Below, in pieces: positions 10,888 through 20,990 of a DNA stretch of 59,196 nt. The stretch spans positions 1 to 59,196 of the forward strand of contig JANWXI010000004.1 of the NCBI GenBank assembly GCA_025057415.1. Reading direction: 5' to 3'. The translations under genes were made by a program, and so were the position numbers. Positions within the stretch are counted from its first letter, which is position 1; each line of letters starts with the position of its first letter. Under the pieces are notes generated by a model, which ran no database searches, was not told the DNA's origin, and saw only the letters and a program-made list of their open reading frames with translations. This stretch comes from Chitinophagales bacterium. Its GTDB lineage: Bacteria > Bacteroidota > Bacteroidia > Chitinophagales > LD1.

Positions 10888-12573
10888 CTACTTGGTTTTT
10901 AAAAGTCGAAAAATTCTGCCCGGTGTGTGTTCCCATCGCATCAGGTATTCTCCGGGGGGCAGTCCGTCCAGCGCCTCCAAAGATAAAATTTCAAATGTAT
11001 TGTGGCGAATGTATACCCGGTCGCTGAGAAGTTTACGCCCGTAAAGGTCAAATACTTCATAGCCGTGCCAACGGCTGCCTGTACCTGTTATAGCTGCCCG
11101 CAAGTTATCGGTAAATGGGTTAGGAAAAATGATGATGTCATCCGAATGATTGTATAAATGCCTGAGAGTATCGTTCAGGAGCATGAGGTAAGCAGCGTAA
11201 AAATCTGGAATGCCGTATCCGTATTCATTGTCAGGAAAATGGTACCGGTCGCAACTCCTGTAAACAGCATCCAGAATTTGACCGCTTGTTTTGTCGGGAA
11301 ATGCGCTCCACAACGCAGCAATACTGCCGGCTATGGCAGGGCATGAGAATGATGTGCCATTGGTTATGCCTACATCTCCGTGAATCGTGATGCAATAGTT
11401 TCCCTTACCTTGTGCACATACGTTGGGTTTAATGGCTCCGCCGTAGGCGGGTCCTCTTCCGCTGAAGTTTGCTATTACTTCAAATGAGTCAACAGCGCCT
11501 ACGGCAACGATTTTTTCACCGTCTGCGGCTGCCGATATGTAATACCAGGGTTTGTTGCCCTCATTGCCGGCGCTGTTACATACAATAATTCCTTTGCTGG
11601 CTGCTATGTTGCCGGCGCGGGTAATTACGGTTGTGTTACCGTCCAAATCGGCATAAGTGTGGTTTCCTAAATCATCATCAAAGGTGGTGTAACCCAGCGA
11701 GGTAGAAAAAATTTGTGCCCCTGCGCTGTCGGCCCATTCGGCTGCGGCAGCCCAGTTGTACTCCTCCATAAGCCACTCGGCATTGTCATCTTCGCTTACC
11801 AGTAAATAATACGAGGCATGAGGGGCTGTGCCCACATAGTATCCGGGCCAGTTTGCGCCCGCACAACTCAATACATTGGTGCCGTGGTTGCTGTCATCAT
11901 ATACATCGCTCTCATCATCTACAAAATCGTACGTACCTAAAATATTGGGTCGCATGGAGTCAAAAGCAGCAATGTTGGGTAGGTTGTAGTAACCGTTGTC
12001 CATAAATGCCATAACAATTCCCTTGCCGCTGTATCCCAACTGGTGGAGTAAATCGGTATTGAGCATGCTGACCTGGCGATATGAAAATCCGTAAGGGTTA
12101 GGATGAACATATTGCTGGTTTACTCTTGTTACCGACTCTGACTTATCAGCAGCGTTTTTGGCAAATGGATAGCGGTGAATGGTGTCTGCATCGGCTACAA
12201 ACGGAAACTGAAGCAGCGAATCAATTACCTGCTGGCCGTCAAGACGCACTACAGCCATGTTAAACCATCTAAGACAATGCTTGATTTGGCTCACATGCGG
12301 AGCTATGGCTTGGATGTAAGCCGGGCTAACGGGTAGGTCGGTACTATCAATCGGGATGTTTTCTTTAATCCTGCGTTCAATAGCCGCCTGTGAAAGGTAC
12401 TGCTGCGGTGCATCTATTGTGTAAGGCGAGTTTTTCTTATCGGTAAACTTCACCCAAAAGTATGTTTGGGCGGTGGAAAATTGCCCGCAGTATATAAATG
12501 GAAACAAGCAAAAAATGCGGATTATGTGTTGCACGATGTAATAATAATGCAGTACAACTGTATTTATTAACAT
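10888..12573 (-). CDS. S8 (subtilisin-like) serine peptidase with T9SS type-A C-terminal domain
   Basis: D (AFMDNG), H (HGTNV), NSAGNEG, GTSFSCP catalytic motifs; C-terminal IFPNPF...YLM. Start uncertain. Confidence 0.9.
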   Translation of the reverse strand: MLINTVVLHYYYIVQHIIRIFCLFPFIYCGQFSTAQTYFWVKFTDKKNSPYTIDAPQQYLSQAAIERRIKENIPIDSTDLPVSPAYIQAIAPHVSQIKHCLRWFNMAVVRLDGQQVIDSLLQFPFVADADTIHRYPFAKNAADKSESVTRVNQQYVHPNPYGFSYRQVSMLNTDLLHQLGYSGKGIVMAFMDNGYYNLPNIAAFDSMRPNILGTYDFVDDESDVYDDSNHGTNVLSCAGANWPGYYVGTAPHASYYLLVSEDDNAEWLMEEYNWAAAAEWADSAGAQIFSTSLGYTTFDDDLGNHTYADLDGNTTVITRAGNIAASKGIIVCNSAGNEGNKPWYYISAAADGEKIVAVGAVDSFEVIANFSGRGPAYGGAIKPNVCAQGKGNYCITIHGDVGITNGTSFSCPAIAGSIAALWSAFPDKTSGQILDAVYRSCDRYHFPDNEYGYGIPDFYAAYLMLLNDTLRHLYNHSDDIIIFPNPFTDNLRAAITGTGSRWHGYEVFDLYGRKLLSDRVYIRHNTFEILSLEALDGLPPGEYLMRWEHTPGRIFRLLKTK

Positions 12574-12946
12574 GTTTGCAGATTATTTGTGCGTTTAATC
12601 GGTATGATATGCTTAATATTTAACAATCATTGCCCATAGCCAGATTATATGAAAGAGAAATTGTATATTACGCATTTAAAGGCAACACATTCTGGCGAAA
12701 TCTATTCCTGAGGGTACAAAAGGGATTTTGTATCAGATGTATGTTCGCGGAGTTTATTTTCCTTCCTTTGAAGCAGCCGCTCAGTTACCCCGGTTAAATT
12801 TGCACTCCTGATGTATCCTGATTATCTGGAAAGAGTTTATGTGATAAGAGAGCATTGAAGTATCAGGACAGTAGTTAACGGTTAAGAGCTTATTGTGAAG
12901 TAGTCGTATCTGGGGGTTTTGTTGAATTTGTGTGATGTACCGCGAA

Positions 12947-12977
12947 TGCGCGCCTGCGCCTGCGGCGCAGGCGCGCA
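12947..12977. repeat. Perfect 14-bp GC-rich hairpin with 3-nt loop
   Basis: TGCGCGCCTGCGCC-TGC-GGCGCAGGCGCGCA, 70 bp from repeat copy 3. Confidence 0.8.
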
Positions 12978-13046
12978 GAAGAGTAGAATTGTGACAAGAG
13001 ACAGTATTGGTCAAATGACCTTACGCCCTTCTGCTCCTCTTCAATC

Positions 13047-13208
13047 GGGTGAGGGATGCGTAGGGCGCGAGCGCAGCGAAGCGGCCGCGCCCGCACCATT
13101 GAAAAGACAAGCAATGCGCGGGCGCGGCGGGAGCGAAAGCGTACCCCGTAGCCAGCCCGACCCCGCTGCTGCGCGTAGCTCTGCGGAGCGCAGCAGCGGG
13201 GGCACCCC
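13047..13208 (+). repeat. Structured dispersed repeat, copy 3
   Basis: GGGTGAGGGATGCGTAGGGCGCG...GGGGGCACCCC, in a divergent intergenic region. Confidence 0.95.
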
Positions 13209-13371
13209 ATCATAATAATGATTTAAATTTTTATAGTCGTTTAGTTATGTTATTTTATCGGAGTGTATTTTGCGTAAGCGATATAACCCGATTAATGGCG
13301 TACATGGAATTCTTTCGGGGTGTTTATGCGCAAGTTTCAATCCTTCTATTTTAGCGCGCAATCGTAGAACT

Positions 13372-15042
13372 ATGGGAAATACAGATTTGCAATTCAACAA
13401 AAACGAGGATGCCATGCGGCTTGCTTTGAGTGAGTTGCGCAAAGTGAGCGAGCAGGTGCGTTTAGGCGGAGGAAAGGCAGCCATAGAAAAGCACAAGGAA
13501 AAAGGCAAACTAACCGCCCGGGAGCGACTTGAATTACTTTTTGATAAAAACCGGCCGGTTATGGAAATCGGGGAGCTTGCCGGGTATGGCATGTACGAAG
13601 AGTATGGCGGCTGTCCCTCGGGGGGTGTAGTGGTGCAGCTCGGCTACGTCAACAAGCGGCTGTGTGTTGCTGTTGCCAATGACGCCACTGTAAAAGCCGG
13701 CGCATGGTTCCCAATTACGGGCAAAAAGAATTTGCGCGCGCAGGAAATAGCCATGGAGAATCGCCTACCCATCATATATCTGGTTGACAGCGCAGGCGTA
13801 TTCCTTCCCATGCAGGACGAAATATTCCCCGATAAAGAGAATTTCGGGAGGATTTTTTACAACAACTCTCTGATGAGCGCTATGGGCATACCGCAGATTG
13901 CCGCCATTATGGGGAGTTGTGTTGCCGGAGGTGCATACCTTCCTATATTAAGTGACGAAGCCCTTATTGTTGAGAAGACAGGGTCGGTTTTCCTTGCGGG
14001 TAGTTACCTCGTAAAATCGGCAATAGGTGAGGTGATTGATAACGAACTGCTGGGTGGCGCATCTACACACTGTGAAATAAGCGGTGTGACCGATTATAAA
14101 ATGAAGAATGACGAAGAATGTATTAAAACTATTCGTAATATTATAGATAAACTCGGCAAACCCGACATGGCGGGTTTTGACCGGGCTGAGCCGCGTCCGC
14201 CCGCCCGCCCTTCCACAGACATTTATGGTATTTTACCCGAGAATGTGACCGGTCAGTACAATATGCACGAGTTGATACGTTGCATTGTGGATGAGGGAGA
14301 TGTGGTGGAGTATAAGGCAGGGTACGGCAAATCAATAATTTGTTGTTACGCCCGGATTGATGGTTGGGCTGTGGGAATTGTTGCCAATCAGCGCGAAGTA
14401 GTGAAGGCAAAGAAACCCAAAGTGAGCGGTGAGCCCGGCAGTTTTACCACCGAAATGCAATTTGGCGGAGTTATTTACAGCGACAGTGCCGACAAAGCAG
14501 CGCGTTTTATTATGAATTGCAACCAGAAAAAGATACCTCTCGTGTTTTTGCAGGACGTAACGGGCTTTATGGTGGGCAGCCGAAGCGAGCACGGCGGCAT
14601 CATTAAAGACGGAGCCAAAATGGTGAATGTGGTATCAAACAGCGTAGTGCCAAAGTTTACCATCATTGTAGGGAACAGTTTTGGGGCAGGTAACTACGCC
14701 ATGTGCGGCAAGGCATACGGTCCCCGGTTTATCTTCTCGTATCCCACTTCGCGCATTGCGGTGATGGGAGGGGAGCAGGCAGCTAAAACGCTTCTCCAGA
14801 TTCAGGTTAGCGCCATGAAAGCAAAAGGGAAAAACGTAAGCCCCGAGGAAGAAGCAGCGCTTCTCAAAAAAATTACGGAAAAATACAACAGTACCATGGA
14901 CCCCAAATACGCAGCCGCCCGCTTGTGGGTGGATGGCATCATTGACCCGGCGGACACCCGAAAATACATCTCTATGGGAATTGAGGCAGCCAACCATGCC
15001 CCTATCACCCGCCCTTTTCAGGTGGGGGTAATCCAAACATAA
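13372..15042 (+). CDS. Acyl-CoA carboxylase carboxyltransferase beta subunit (methylcrotonyl-CoA carboxylase-like)
   Basis: GKLTARER, VANDATVKAG, LVDSAG, GSCVAGGAY, QDVTGFMVG, GAGNYAMCG. Start set at MGNTD. Confidence 0.93.
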   Translation: MGNTDLQFNKNEDAMRLALSELRKVSEQVRLGGGKAAIEKHKEKGKLTARERLELLFDKNRPVMEIGELAGYGMYEEYGGCPSGGVVVQLGYVNKRLCVAVANDATVKAGAWFPITGKKNLRAQEIAMENRLPIIYLVDSAGVFLPMQDEIFPDKENFGRIFYNNSLMSAMGIPQIAAIMGSCVAGGAYLPILSDEALIVEKTGSVFLAGSYLVKSAIGEVIDNELLGGASTHCEISGVTDYKMKNDEECIKTIRNIIDKLGKPDMAGFDRAEPRPPARPSTDIYGILPENVTGQYNMHELIRCIVDEGDVVEYKAGYGKSIICCYARIDGWAVGIVANQREVVKAKKPKVSGEPGSFTTEMQFGGVIYSDSADKAARFIMNCNQKKIPLVFLQDVTGFMVGSRSEHGGIIKDGAKMVNVVSNSVVPKFTIIVGNSFGAGNYAMCGKAYGPRFIFSYPTSRIAVMGGEQAAKTLLQIQVSAMKAKGKNVSPEEEAALLKKITEKYNSTMDPKYAAARLWVDGIIDPADTRKYISMGIEAANHAPITRPFQVGVIQT

Positions 15043-15158
15043 CCACCCCACCGGGTGTTACGGCTGCGCATGATTAGTTTATTGCTGCGGTTTGTTTTTG
15101 CATTTTCACCTCTATACATACAAATTGTCGGATTAGTTGTTAGGTCACACTAGATAAA

Positions 15159-15374
15159 TTATGCACATTTCTGAGAGCTGACGCGGATACTGTACACCGT
15201 TTTGGCATTCACTTATTTGAATGTAAATTTTGCCTGTTTATCAATCTGATTTTACCGTTTGTGGATAAAAAGCCGTGAAACGTGTATGGAACGTGAAGAA
15301 TTTTTTGCGGTAAAAATCTTGTAACAATTACTCAATAATCCACATTTGCAGCCCGCTGCAGATGTTGTGAATTA
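15159..15374. promoter_or_regulatory. Cluster of DnaA-box-like 9-mers upstream of dnaB
   Basis: TTATGCACA 15159, TGTGGATAA 15260 (perfect), TAATCCACA 15336, TGTGAATTA 15366. Confidence 0.5.
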
Positions 15375-15403
15375 GTATCTTTAGTACAATAAAACGTGAA
15401 ACG

Positions 15404-16996
15404 ATGACAGACCCCACCAATATCATAAAAAAAATACCGCGCAAGCCCACCTTGTCTGACTCACCGCTCGGTGAAATCGGCAAGTTACCTCCCCAGGCGC
15501 GCGAACTTGAGGAGGCCGTGCTGGGTGCGGTGATGATTGAGGAAAACGCCATTACCTCGGTAATTGAGATTATTAAGAGCGATGATGTGTTCTATGTAGA
15601 TGCACATCAGCGGATATGGCGCGCCATCCGCAACCTATACAGCAATCGGGCACCAATTGATTTGCTCACCGTAACCGAGCAACTCAAAAAAAACGGTGAC
15701 CTCGATCATGTGGGCGGCCCCTTTTACGTTGCGCAACTCACCAACAAGGTCGGCTCGGCAGCCAATGCCGAGTACCATGCTCACATCCTTGCTGAAAAAT
15801 ACGTACAGCGGCAACTCATCAGCGTATCTACCGAAATTATCCGCGATGCATATGAGGATACCACGGATGTATTTGAGTTGTTAGATAAGGCAGAGCGAAA
15901 CCTCTACAACATATCTGAGAACAATATCAAGCGGCAATCGCTCGATATCTCAACCATTCTGATGAACGAGCTGAAAGAGCTCGATATTCGCATGAAAAAC
16001 AGCCAAAACCACCTCAATGGTGTACCTTCGGGTTTTATTGAGCTGGATAAAATTACCGGTGGCTGGCAAAAATCAGATCTTATCATTCTGGCGGCTCGTC
16101 CTGGCATGGGTAAAACGGCTTTCACCCTGGCGTTGGCGCGCAACGCTGCAGTGGATCATAAAAAGCCCGTTGCGCTTTTTTCGCTCGAAATGAGTAACGC
16201 TCAGCTGGTGCAACGCCTTATATCCATGGAAACACACATCAGGGCCGATAAAATACGCAGGGGAACGTTAGAAAATTATGAGTACGATGTACTTACTTCC
16301 AAAATTGACTCACTCAAAAACGCACCCGTTTTTATTGATGACACGCCCGCTATCAACATTTTTGAGTTGCGTAACAAGTGCCGGCGCCTGAAGCAACAGT
16401 ACGATATTGAGCTGGTCATTATCGACTACCTGCAACTGATGAGTGGTCATTCCGATAACAAATCAGGTAACCGGGAACAGGAAATCAGCCAGATATCGCG
16501 CTCGCTGAAAGGAATGGCCAAAGAGTTGAACACTCCGGTTATCGCACTCTCACAACTTTCGCGCGCTGTGGAAACCCGTGGCGGGGATAAACGCCCCATT
16601 CTCAGCGACCTTCGCGAGTCAGGCGCTATTGAACAGGATGCCGATATTGTAATCTTCCTTTACCGCCCCGAATACTACAAAATCGATACTGACGAAGAGG
16701 GAAGACCAACCCAGGGAATTGCAGAAGTAATAGTGGCAAAACATCGCAACGGACCGCTTGGCACTATCCGGGTACGTTATGAAAGCGACTATGCCAAATT
16801 TGAAAATCTCCACGAACTGGCATCCCGCGATGAGTACTTTGAAATGTTGGAAGGCAACAACCGCATCCGCTACAAAAGATTCCAGTCAAAGATTAACGAA
16901 GATACTAATGAGGATGACAGTACGGGATTCGAGCGCAAGCACCCGCCTGACGACTTCGTACCTCCACCCAACGAGCCACCCTTTGACAAGTACTGA
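15404..16996 (+). CDS. dnaB: Replicative DNA helicase
   Basis: PPQARELEEAVLG, AARPGMGKT, FSLEM, IDYLQLM, LSQLSRAVE, SDLRESGAIEQDAD. No intein apparent. Confidence 0.98.
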   Translation: MTDPTNIIKKIPRKPTLSDSPLGEIGKLPPQARELEEAVLGAVMIEENAITSVIEIIKSDDVFYVDAHQRIWRAIRNLYSNRAPIDLLTVTEQLKKNGDLDHVGGPFYVAQLTNKVGSAANAEYHAHILAEKYVQRQLISVSTEIIRDAYEDTTDVFELLDKAERNLYNISENNIKRQSLDISTILMNELKELDIRMKNSQNHLNGVPSGFIELDKITGGWQKSDLIILAARPGMGKTAFTLALARNAAVDHKKPVALFSLEMSNAQLVQRLISMETHIRADKIRRGTLENYEYDVLTSKIDSLKNAPVFIDDTPAINIFELRNKCRRLKQQYDIELVIIDYLQLMSGHSDNKSGNREQEISQISRSLKGMAKELNTPVIALSQLSRAVETRGGDKRPILSDLRESGAIEQDADIVIFLYRPEYYKIDTDEEGRPTQGIAEVIVAKHRNGPLGTIRVRYESDYAKFENLHELASRDEYFEMLEGNNRIRYKRFQSKINEDTNEDDSTGFERKHPPDDFVPPPNEPPFDKY

Positions 16997-17048
16997 GCCG
17001 AATGTTTCTGTAGGTTTGGGAAATACCGGTTATTTTTTTGAATAAATC

Positions 17049-17966
17049 TTACTGCTGGATGCGGGGTATTAGTCCGCGAAGGCCCATGTCCACCACTTGC
17101 TCGCCTTTGAGCGGTTCCCACCAGCCATTGGGGTTTTTGTCTTGCCATTCAAAACTTTTGTTGATAGAGAGCGATACTTCCACCACAATATCTTTGGTTT
17201 CGTTACCGGTAATAGTCAGAGGGCTGTTTTCAAAAGCGCCTGTTACCACACAACTACCCGGCGGAATGGGCGAGGTAGCAAATATTGGATTGGGTACAGT
17301 GGTAACCGGCGCTGAGCCGGTGTCGGCAATCGTCATGCTGTAAACTGTGGTTTCAAACCCCCAAAAGCCCTGCTTTTTGTTCCCGTTAACTGTGATATTT
17401 TTTGTATTGATGTTGAAATTAGTAATGTAAGTGTTAAAGCCAACAAAGGAAGCAATGGTGGCATCAAAAAACTGATTTATGGGGAAACCGGCTATTGTAG
17501 TATCAATCCGCAATTTTACGTTGTAATTTTGATAGGCGAGCGAAACGCGCAGCCACTCGTAAGTGCCGGGGGGTACATCCTTGATGGGTATCTCAAAAAA
17601 TGTTTCACCGCTTTTGCGTATTACGGCTTTGGAATGATCAATGGCATTAGCGCCGCCGGTAGTGGTTTCTGCCTGATGGTACAAAATAGCCCCCTGCCCT
17701 ATTTGCGTAAACATGGTGGGCGCCATTTCAATATAATGAGCGCTTATACCGTTAAATATAGGTGATTGTCCCGCGTTACCGGCGGGAATGGAAGCAGGTT
17801 GCCCGAAATTATTAAGCCGCACTTGTGTAGAGTCAAGTTTAAATTTAAAAATAAGTTTCGCTTCAGCCGGCTTTTCTTTTTTGCATCCAAAATGCGCAGC
17901 GCTGAAAATGGATACAGTGAGCAGGATGAAAAGTGAATTGCGATAAAGTTTGGTAGAGTGAATCAT
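17049..17966 (-). CDS. Hypothetical lipoprotein
   Basis: 305-aa ORF with hydrophobic N-terminus and lipobox-like HFG-C-KKE. Confidence 0.75.
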   Translation of the reverse strand: MIHSTKLYRNSLFILLTVSIFSAAHFGCKKEKPAEAKLIFKFKLDSTQVRLNNFGQPASIPAGNAGQSPIFNGISAHYIEMAPTMFTQIGQGAILYHQAETTTGGANAIDHSKAVIRKSGETFFEIPIKDVPPGTYEWLRVSLAYQNYNVKLRIDTTIAGFPINQFFDATIASFVGFNTYITNFNINTKNITVNGNKKQGFWGFETTVYSMTIADTGSAPVTTVPNPIFATSPIPPGSCVVTGAFENSPLTITGNETKDIVVEVSLSINKSFEWQDKNPNGWWEPLKGEQVVDMGLRGLIPRIQQ

Positions 17967-18064
17967 GATATTGTGGAAGTGTTGCCGGCAAATGTAACCT
18001 AAATTGAGTGATTACTCGTAAGCGGTACAGCATAGAGGATTTTGCATCACTAATATTTTTTTAT

Positions 18065-18072
18065 TACCTTTG
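18065..18072 (+). promoter_or_regulatory. -7 promoter element TACCTTTG
   Basis: Matches TAnnTTTG, 53 bp before the RRM gene ATG. Confidence 0.55.
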
Positions 18073-18125
18073 CAGCGCCACTCGCGAGGGTGGCATTTAT
18101 TTTTTTAACTTAATTATTTTTAGTA

Positions 18126-18374
18126 ATGAACATTTATGTTGCTAACGTCAACTTCCGCGCTAAAGAAGAGGAGTTGCGCGAAGTGTTTGCCCGCTATGGC
18201 GAGGTCACTTCGGTAAAAATCATGAAAGACCGTGAAACCAACCGCAGCCGCGGGTTCGGTTTTGTGGAAATGCCCAACCAGGAGCAGGCAGCTGCCGCCA
18301 TTCAGGCCATCAACGGGCAGGAATTTCAGCAGAGAAAACTTATCGTAAAAGAGGCATTGCCTCCGCGCCCATAA
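18126..18374 (+). CDS. RRM (RNP-1) RNA-binding protein
   Basis: NIYVANV (RNP2) and SRGFGFVEM (RNP1). Confidence 0.95.
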   Translation: MNIYVANVNFRAKEEELREVFARYGEVTSVKIMKDRETNRSRGFGFVEMPNQEQAAAAIQAINGQEFQQRKLIVKEALPPRP

Positions 18375-18397
18375 ATTTTTTCTGTCTGATTTTTTTC

Positions 18398-18424
18398 ACG
18401 CTCCCGCCAGGCGGGAGCGTTTTT
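18398..18424 (+). terminator. Intrinsic terminator between convergent RRM gene and folP
   Basis: ACGCTCCCGC-CAG-GCGGGAGCGT followed by TTTT. Confidence 0.8.
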
Positions 18425-19247
18425 ATTTTCGGGAGCGATACGCTTCTGTAATTTTAATACACTCCACGGCTTCCTGTACATCGTGTACACGCAAAATATC
18501 AGCCCCTTGTAACAAACATATAGTGTGCAACGCTGTAGTGCCATTAAGCGCCTTATCGGGAGTGGTGTGTAGTAGTTTTGTTACCATTGATTTGCGGCTT
18601 ACACCGCAAAGCAAGGGTACCTGCAGTTTTTTAAATCGGTGCAGCGATTGTAACAGCAAATAGTTGTGCTCCAGAGTTTTTCCAAACCCAAAACCCACAT
18701 CAGCTATTACAGATGTTACGCCTGTCTTTTTTGCCAAAACAATTCTCTCCTCTAAAAAAGAATACACCTCCTCTACTACATCTTTATATAGCGGGTTGTG
18801 TTGCATAGTTTCGGGTGTACCTTGTATATGCATCAGGCACATCGCAGCCCCGAATGAGGCAACAGTGGAGAACATGTCCTTATCGTATGTGCCGGCGGTA
18901 ATGTCATTGATAATGTGTGCACCTGTTTGCAGGGCGAGTCGTGCTGTGGCGGCATGTAGCGTGTCAACCGAAAAAATCGCTTCTGGAAAGCGTTCAATCA
19001 ACCGGCGCAGCGGCTCTTCAATGCGCGCTACTTCCTCTTCGGCTGTAATTATTTTGGCTCCCGGTCGGGTGCTCATGCCACCCACATCCAATATAACAGC
19101 GCCCTCACACAACATACGCTCAGCCAGCGATAAATAATCATCCAGATGCCTGCCGCCATCGTAAAACGAGTCGGGGGTAAGATTGATTATCCCCATTACC
19201 TTGGGCTGTGAAAGGTCTATGGTTCGGCCGCGGCATTGAAAAATCAT
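18423..19247 (-). CDS. folP: Dihydropteroate synthase
   Basis: MGIINLTPDSFYDGG, STRPGA, DVGFGFGKT, GVSRKS, RVHDV. Confidence 0.97.
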   Translation of the reverse strand: MIFQCRGRTIDLSQPKVMGIINLTPDSFYDGGRHLDDYLSLAERMLCEGAVILDVGGMSTRPGAKIITAEEEVARIEEPLRRLIERFPEAIFSVDTLHAATARLALQTGAHIINDITAGTYDKDMFSTVASFGAAMCLMHIQGTPETMQHNPLYKDVVEEVYSFLEERIVLAKKTGVTSVIADVGFGFGKTLEHNYLLLQSLHRFKKLQVPLLCGVSRKSMVTKLLHTTPDKALNGTTALHTICLLQGADILRVHDVQEAVECIKITEAYRSRK

Positions 19248-20194
19248 GCCTGTATGTTTTGCAAATAACGGATTACGCTCTGCTCTATATGTGCGGGAGA
19301 GTAATCATAGCCGCTGCGGTCAAATTGCTTACCGGTTACCATTTCATAAAGTTGTATGTAACGCGATGAGATTTCCTCCACCCATGTATCGGTCATGGCA
19401 GGTATCGTTTGCCCCTCTTTGCCCTGAAAACCGTTCTCTATCAACCACTGGCGCACAAATTCTTTGCTTAGTTGTTGTTGCGGCTGGCATGCTCGTTGCC
19501 GTTCCTCGTATCCCTCGGCTATGAAATAGCGCGATGAATCAGGGGTGTGCACCTCATCAATCAGCATCAAACTTCCGTTTTCGTCAATGCCAAACTCGTA
19601 TTTGGTATCTACCAGAATTAGCCCCCGCTCGCAAGCATACCGCTGCCCGAAAGCAAAAACTTTCAGTGCATAATCCTCCATCATGGCATAGGTCTTCTCG
19701 TCTGTTAATTTACGTTCAAGTATCTCTTTGCGCGAAATATCTTCATCATGTCCTTCTAATGACTTTACGGCAGGGGTAATTACAGGCGATGGTAGCGGAT
19801 CGTTTTCACGGAGTCCATCAGGCAGAGTGACCCCACACAAGGCGCGTTTGCCTGCTTTATACTCCCGGGCTGCATGCCCCGCCAAATAACCGCGTACCAC
19901 CATTTCTATCCTGATAGGTTCGCACCTTTTCCCGATGGAAACGTTCGGATGCGGCGTGGCTTCTAACCAGTTAGGGACAATGTGGCGTGTCAGGTTCAAA
20001 AAATGTGCAGCCATCATGTTCAGCACAGCCCCTTTATACGGAATAGGCCGGGGCAGGATGTAATCAAAAGCAGATATCCGGTCACTTGCAATCACCACCA
20101 ATTTATTACCCACAGTGTAAACATCGCGCACTTTGCCGTGATACACAGAAGATTGTCCGGGAAAACGAAAGTCAGTTTTGGCGATTGCTTGCAT
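19244..20194 (-). CDS. purC: Phosphoribosylaminoimidazolesuccinocarboxamide synthase
   Basis: GKVRDVY, SDRISAFD, LVDTKYEFG, DEVHTPDSSR. Confidence 0.97.
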   Translation of the reverse strand: MQAIAKTDFRFPGQSSVYHGKVRDVYTVGNKLVVIASDRISAFDYILPRPIPYKGAVLNMMAAHFLNLTRHIVPNWLEATPHPNVSIGKRCEPIRIEMVVRGYLAGHAAREYKAGKRALCGVTLPDGLRENDPLPSPVITPAVKSLEGHDEDISRKEILERKLTDEKTYAMMEDYALKVFAFGQRYACERGLILVDTKYEFGIDENGSLMLIDEVHTPDSSRYFIAEGYEERQRACQPQQQLSKEFVRQWLIENGFQGKEGQTIPAMTDTWVEEISSRYIQLYEMVTGKQFDRSGYDYSPAHIEQSVIRYLQNIQA

Positions 20195-20282
20195 ACAAAA
20201 TGTTTATGAGAAGCGAAGTTAAGTGGCTGCGCCACATCCGAAAGGTATGTAGATAACTTTATGCGTAGATGTGCAGTATATG

Positions 20283-20990
20283 CTACCGTAAGTCAACCAC
20301 CTTTACGCCCGGAAAACGTTTCACATCAAAAGTAAACGATGCATCGGAAGTACTGATGTTGTAACTTTGTTTGGTGATTTTATAGATGTAGCGCACTCCG
20401 TTGCGCTCGTAAATTTTACTTTCGGTTATTTGCTGTGTGTTGTCGTCAATGGTTACATCTATTTTGAAGTATGATACTTTTTTATTAACGGGGCTCATTT
20501 CTACCACCGTGCAAGGTTTATTGCCAACGGTCTTCTTTTCTTTGATGCGATAGCTGTACCCCTCGGCATACATCGAAAATATTTTGGACGGAGAAAAACT
20601 CTCCTCGTTTTCCTCAAAGTAATTTACCTGTACCTCTTTATCAGAGGCGATGTAGGTCCATACGTTCTTGCCATCGCAGTATATCTGCTGGCCGTCCATC
20701 TGTATGTGAAATTTTGCACCTTCAAGCAGTACCGTGCCGTCAATCGTATCGGTGAGTTTGCGCTCGTCATCATCGGGCTTCACCTTGGGTCTTGAAATCA
20801 GCAACCGGAACGAAGCCGATATATTTTTATACGATTTATATTTATCGCTTACTTTTTGCAATAGCGCAGCTGCTTCCGGCTCATTGATGGTGGTTTGATT
20901 TACAAACGCGCACAGCCCCCACAATAACATGGTAGTAATTAAAGAAATTTTTGTTAATTTAAATATTAATGAACTGAGTTGCAACTTCAT
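20283..20990 (-). CDS. lolA: Outer-membrane lipoprotein carrier LolA family protein
   Basis: YCDGKNVWTY...EVQV, C-terminal FTFD..RFPGVKVVDLR; directly downstream of ftsK, a typical arrangement. Confidence 0.8.
   Translation of the reverse strand: MKLQLSSLIFKLTKISLITTMLLWGLCAFVNQTTINEPEAAALLQKVSDKYKSYKNISASFRLLISRPKVKPDDDERKLTDTIDGTVLLEGAKFHIQMDGQQIYCDGKNVWTYIASDKEVQVNYFEENEESFSPSKIFSMYAEGYSYRIKEKKTVGNKPCTVVEMSPVNKKVSYFKIDVTIDDNTQQITESKIYERNGVRYIYKITKQSYNISTSDASFTFDVKRFPGVKVVDLR

Noticed and set aside
15404-16996. Intein or insertion in DnaB (530 aa)
   Set aside because: The helicase motifs are contiguous, and the extra length is a low-complexity C-terminal tail.
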